From Gammaproteobacteria bacterium (GTDB lineage: Bacteria > Pseudomonadota > Gammaproteobacteria > Eutrophobiales > Eutrophobiaceae): DNA of 64,000 bases. The notes under the pieces were generated by a model. The model was given only the letters and a program-made list of their open reading frames with translations. It did not search any database and was not told the DNA's origin. This document shows positions 61,017 to 64,000 of this stretch, in pieces. The stretch is taken from NCBI GenBank assembly GCA_965243205.1, contig CBDEUK010000002.1, forward strand, positions 256,001 through 320,000, in the 5' to 3' direction. Numbering within the stretch: the stretch's first letter is position 1; every line of letters begins with the position of its first letter. Both the position numbers and the translations under genes were made by a program.

Positions 61017-61394
61017 ATGATATATGGTATTGGAGTAGATATTGTTGATATTTCCAGGATTAATGAAATACAACGGAAATATGAAGATGCCTTCGCTAAA
61101 AGAATATTAACGGATTCAGAATTTGAAAAATACCAAGCTCATCAACAACCATCTACCTTTTTAGCAAAACGTTTTGCATCTAAAGAAGCTTTTTTAAAAG
61201 CTTTAGGAATAGGATTATTCAGAGGTGTATCGATGAATCAGCTATCAATAGAGAATGATAGTTTAGGTAAACCTTCAATAAAATGTGATTCAGAGGCTCA
61301 AGCTTACTTAACAAAGCGCTCTATTAGAAAAAGTCATCTAAGTATTAGCGATGAAAAAAAATATGCTGTAGCGATGGTAGTGCTAGAAGCTTAA
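61017..61394 (+). CDS. acpS: holo-ACP synthase
   Basis: GIGVDIV, RFASKEAFLKALG, GKP, SISDE. Confidence 0.95.
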   Translation: MIYGIGVDIVDISRINEIQRKYEDAFAKRILTDSEFEKYQAHQQPSTFLAKRFASKEAFLKALGIGLFRGVSMNQLSIENDSLGKPSIKCDSEAQAYLTKRSIRKSHLSISDEKKYAVAMVVLEA

Positions 61395-61448
61395 AATTTA
61401 TTACACTATATACCGTATTAAAATAATAATAATATCAAGAAGCAAGTC

Positions 61449-63017
61449 ATGGCGGATGAAAATCTATTAAACGAAATAAATAAACGACGAACATTTGCAA
61501 TCATTTCGCATCCCGATGCAGGAAAAACCACTGTTACTGAACAATTATTATTGTATGGTGGTGCAATTCAAATGGCTGGTACAGTTAAAGCACGAAAATC
61601 TGCTCGCCATGCAACATCTGATTGGATGGAAATGGAAAAAGAGAGAGGCATTTCTATAACCAGTTCTGTAATGCAATTTGAATTTTCTAATAAGATTATC
61701 AATTTATTAGATACACCTGGACATGAGGATTTCTCTGAAGACACTTATCGAACTTTAACCGCAGTTGATTCTGCATTAATGGTAATTGATGTTGCAAAAG
61801 GGGTTGAAGATAGGACCCGAAAGTTAATGGATGTTTGTCGTCTTAGAACAACGCCAATAATTACTTTTATTAATAAATTGGATCGTGAAGGCAAAGAGCC
61901 AATTGAATTATTAGATGAAATTGAAAATGAATTAGGTATTCAATGCGCACCTATTAATTGGCCAGTAGGCATGGGAGGGCGTTTAAAAGGGTTATTCGAT
62001 CTTAAATCTGAGCAAGTACGTGTTTACGATAAATTAAACCCAGAAAATAAAGAGATATTTGTTTCTTTATCTGAGATAAACGATCTCAATAGAGATTTAC
62101 CTGATTTCGAAGAAGAATTAGAAATTGTAAAAGAAGTCTGTCCTGAATTTGATCAAGAAAAATATCTTGCGGGTGAGCAAACGCCTGTTTTCTTTGGTAC
62201 GGCGCTACATAACTTTGGTGTTGAGGAATTTTTACAACATTTAGCTGATTATGCTCCTGGTCCTCAGTCAAGAGAAACGGTTGAACGAGAAGTCGAACCT
62301 GAAGAACAAAAAATGACAGGCTTTGTATTCAAGATTCAAGCGAATATGGATCCTGCTCATCGAGACCGTATAGCTTTCTTACGATTATGTTCTGGTAAAT
62401 TTACTCGTGGTATGAAAATGCGGCATGTACGTGCTAAGCGTGATGTGCAAATTGCCAATGCAGTAACATTTATGGCCGGTAACAGAGAATTAGCAGAAAA
62501 TGCATATTCAGGTGATATTATCGGTTTACATAATCATGGAAGTATTCAGGTTGGAGACACATTCACCCAAGGTGAAGTATTAAACTTTACGGGTATACCA
62601 CATTTTGCTCCAGAGTTATTTCGTAAAGTCCGTTTAAAAGATCCTTTAAAAATGAAAGCGCTACAAAAAGGCCTAGTGCAATTATGCGAAGAGGGCGCTA
62701 CACAAGTTTTTAAACCATTAATCAGTAATGATTTAATATTAGGGGCAGTGGGTGTTTTACAATTTGATGTGGTTGCAGCAAGATTGAAAGATGAATATGG
62801 TGTTGAATGTATTTACGATGCTGCTCAAGTTGCAACAGCAAGATGGATTGAATGCGAAGATGAACAAATAATGAAGTCATTTAAACAAAAAGCAGAAGTG
62901 AATCTTGCGATAGATGGCGCTGAACAGTTAACCTACTTAGCGCCAAGTTTGGTAAATTTAAATCTTGCAGAAGAGAAATGGTCAGATATTAAGTTTAACG
63001 CTACTCGTGAACATTAA
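61449..63017 (+). CDS. prfC: peptide chain release factor 3
   Basis: [43 protein letters not shown]. Confidence 0.98.
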   Translation: MADENLLNEINKRRTFAIISHPDAGKTTVTEQLLLYGGAIQMAGTVKARKSARHATSDWMEMEKERGISITSSVMQFEFSNKIINLLDTPGHEDFSEDTYRTLTAVDSALMVIDVAKGVEDRTRKLMDVCRLRTTPIITFINKLDREGKEPIELLDEIENELGIQCAPINWPVGMGGRLKGLFDLKSEQVRVYDKLNPENKEIFVSLSEINDLNRDLPDFEEELEIVKEVCPEFDQEKYLAGEQTPVFFGTALHNFGVEEFLQHLADYAPGPQSRETVEREVEPEEQKMTGFVFKIQANMDPAHRDRIAFLRLCSGKFTRGMKMRHVRAKRDVQIANAVTFMAGNRELAENAYSGDIIGLHNHGSIQVGDTFTQGEVLNFTGIPHFAPELFRKVRLKDPLKMKALQKGLVQLCEEGATQVFKPLISNDLILGAVGVLQFDVVAARLKDEYGVECIYDAAQVATARWIECEDEQIMKSFKQKAEVNLAIDGAEQLTYLAPSLVNLNLAEEKWSDIKFNATREH

Positions 63018-63038
63018 ACGAAAAATATAGCTTCCTCA

Positions 63039-64000
63039 TTATTCGCTACGGGAGTAATGAGGGATAACTTCTTGTTCTACTTTCTTTTCAGTTTCAGGTT
63101 GTTTAGTTGGTTGAGGTTTCTCAATATTCTCAGCTGGCCTCTGTGTAGCTTCAACTGATTTATTTTGAGTACTTTCTAAGCTCTCAGATTGTTTAATTCT
63201 ATCCATACGCTCAACTTGTTGTTGTGAAGTATTGTCATTACTATTAATGGATTCACTTTTTGTATTAGCGGAAGCAGCATCTGTTTTAACACTGTTATCT
63301 ACCTTTAAGTCCGTTTGAGAACTATTTGCTGTGCTTATATTAGACTCTTTTTGTTGAACAGCTTCTTTTTGATTTTCATCACGACGTCTATTTTGATTAT
63401 TACGCCCACGACCTCTACCACGATTACGAGAAGAATTATCTGAACGTGTTTGATTATTACGTTCAGATTTTTTTACTGAATTATCAGAATTGGCTTCAGT
63501 ATTATTTTTTTGTTCAATATCTTTTGTTTTTGAATTTTTATTATTTGGACGATTCGAGTTTCGTCTATTGTTATTACGTTGACGATTATTTGAATTACCT
63601 TGCTGTTTATTACGGTTATTTCGAGAATCTTCTGAATTACGATTTCGATTGCCGCGACGGCGTGACTGATTATTATCAGAACCACGACCGCGACGAGGTT
63701 TCTTTTCTTCTTTCTTTTCAGGAATACCGAATAAGCTACCAAATAAACGTGAAATTAAACCTTTACTCTTTTCTGTTTTTTCAACAGAAGGTGGTTTAGG
63801 CGTTGATGGAATGACTTGTTGTAACGCAGGTTGCTCAACAGGTTTACGACGATGTGTTGTTGTCGTTTCTGATACCTCGCTTTCAACCTCAGAGATCATT
63901 TGGTAACTCGGTTTTTGATATTCTTTACTGTCCGCTTCAGATTGTCGAATTCGAGTGACTTCGAAATGCGGTGTTTCCAAATTTGGATTAGGGATAATAG
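63039..64000 (-). CDS. rne: ribonuclease E, C-terminal disordered half (5'-truncated by the window edge)
   Basis: Frame is open to the window end (IIPNPNLETPHFEVTRIR). Amphipathic membrane-targeting segment GLISRLFGSLFG followed by an Arg/Asn-rich RNA-binding region. Confidence 0.85.
   Translation of the reverse strand, partial: IIPNPNLETPHFEVTRIRQSEADSKEYQKPSYQMISEVESEVSETTTTHRRKPVEQPALQQVIPSTPKPPSVEKTEKSKGLISRLFGSLFGIPEKKEEKKPRRGRGSDNNQSRRRGNRNRNSEDSRNNRNKQQGNSNNRQRNNNRRNSNRPNNKNSKTKDIEQKNNTEANSDNSVKKSERNNQTRSDNSSRNRGRGRGRNNQNRRRDENQKEAVQQKESNISTANSSQTDLKVDNSVKTDAASANTKSESINSNDNTSQQQVERMDRIKQSESLESTQNKSVEATQRPAENIEKPQPTKQPETEKKVEQEVIPHYSRSE

Noticed and set aside
63446-63799. Tyr-rich plus-strand ORF and overlapping minus-strand alternative-frame ORF
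   Set aside because: Shadows of the low-complexity Arg/Asn region of rne.

Overview
AT-rich gammaproteobacterial chromosome segment, about 55 genes. The core backbone is cysH, rapA, metH, gluQ-dksA-cysZ-queF, smc-zipA-ligA, nadB, rpoE-rseA-rseB-degP-lepA-lepB-rnc-era-recO-pdxJ-acpS-prfC and the 3' end of rne. It is interrupted by three accessory modules. (1) A minus-strand integron cassette array (about 6.3-9.8 kb) has three intact and two decayed attC sites and an attI-like site. No integrase gene is adjacent, and a 5-copy 9-bp motif array lies where intI would sit. (2) A vitamin B12/methionine module has a cobalamin riboswitch, a BtuB-like receptor and two sorting-signal-anchored surface proteins resembling Bacteroidota B12-capture proteins. 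It also has SAH-riboswitch-controlled metH, a divergent DUF6580-type membrane protein and a PduO adenosyltransferase. (3) A 13-gene Tad/Flp pilus locus has a CpaB carrying about 330 aa of 40-aa repeats and an FHA-fused ATPase, and lacks TadZ and TadV. It faces a diguanylate cyclase with a sigma-54-type promoter. All family calls come from motif recognition by eye; no database searches were run.
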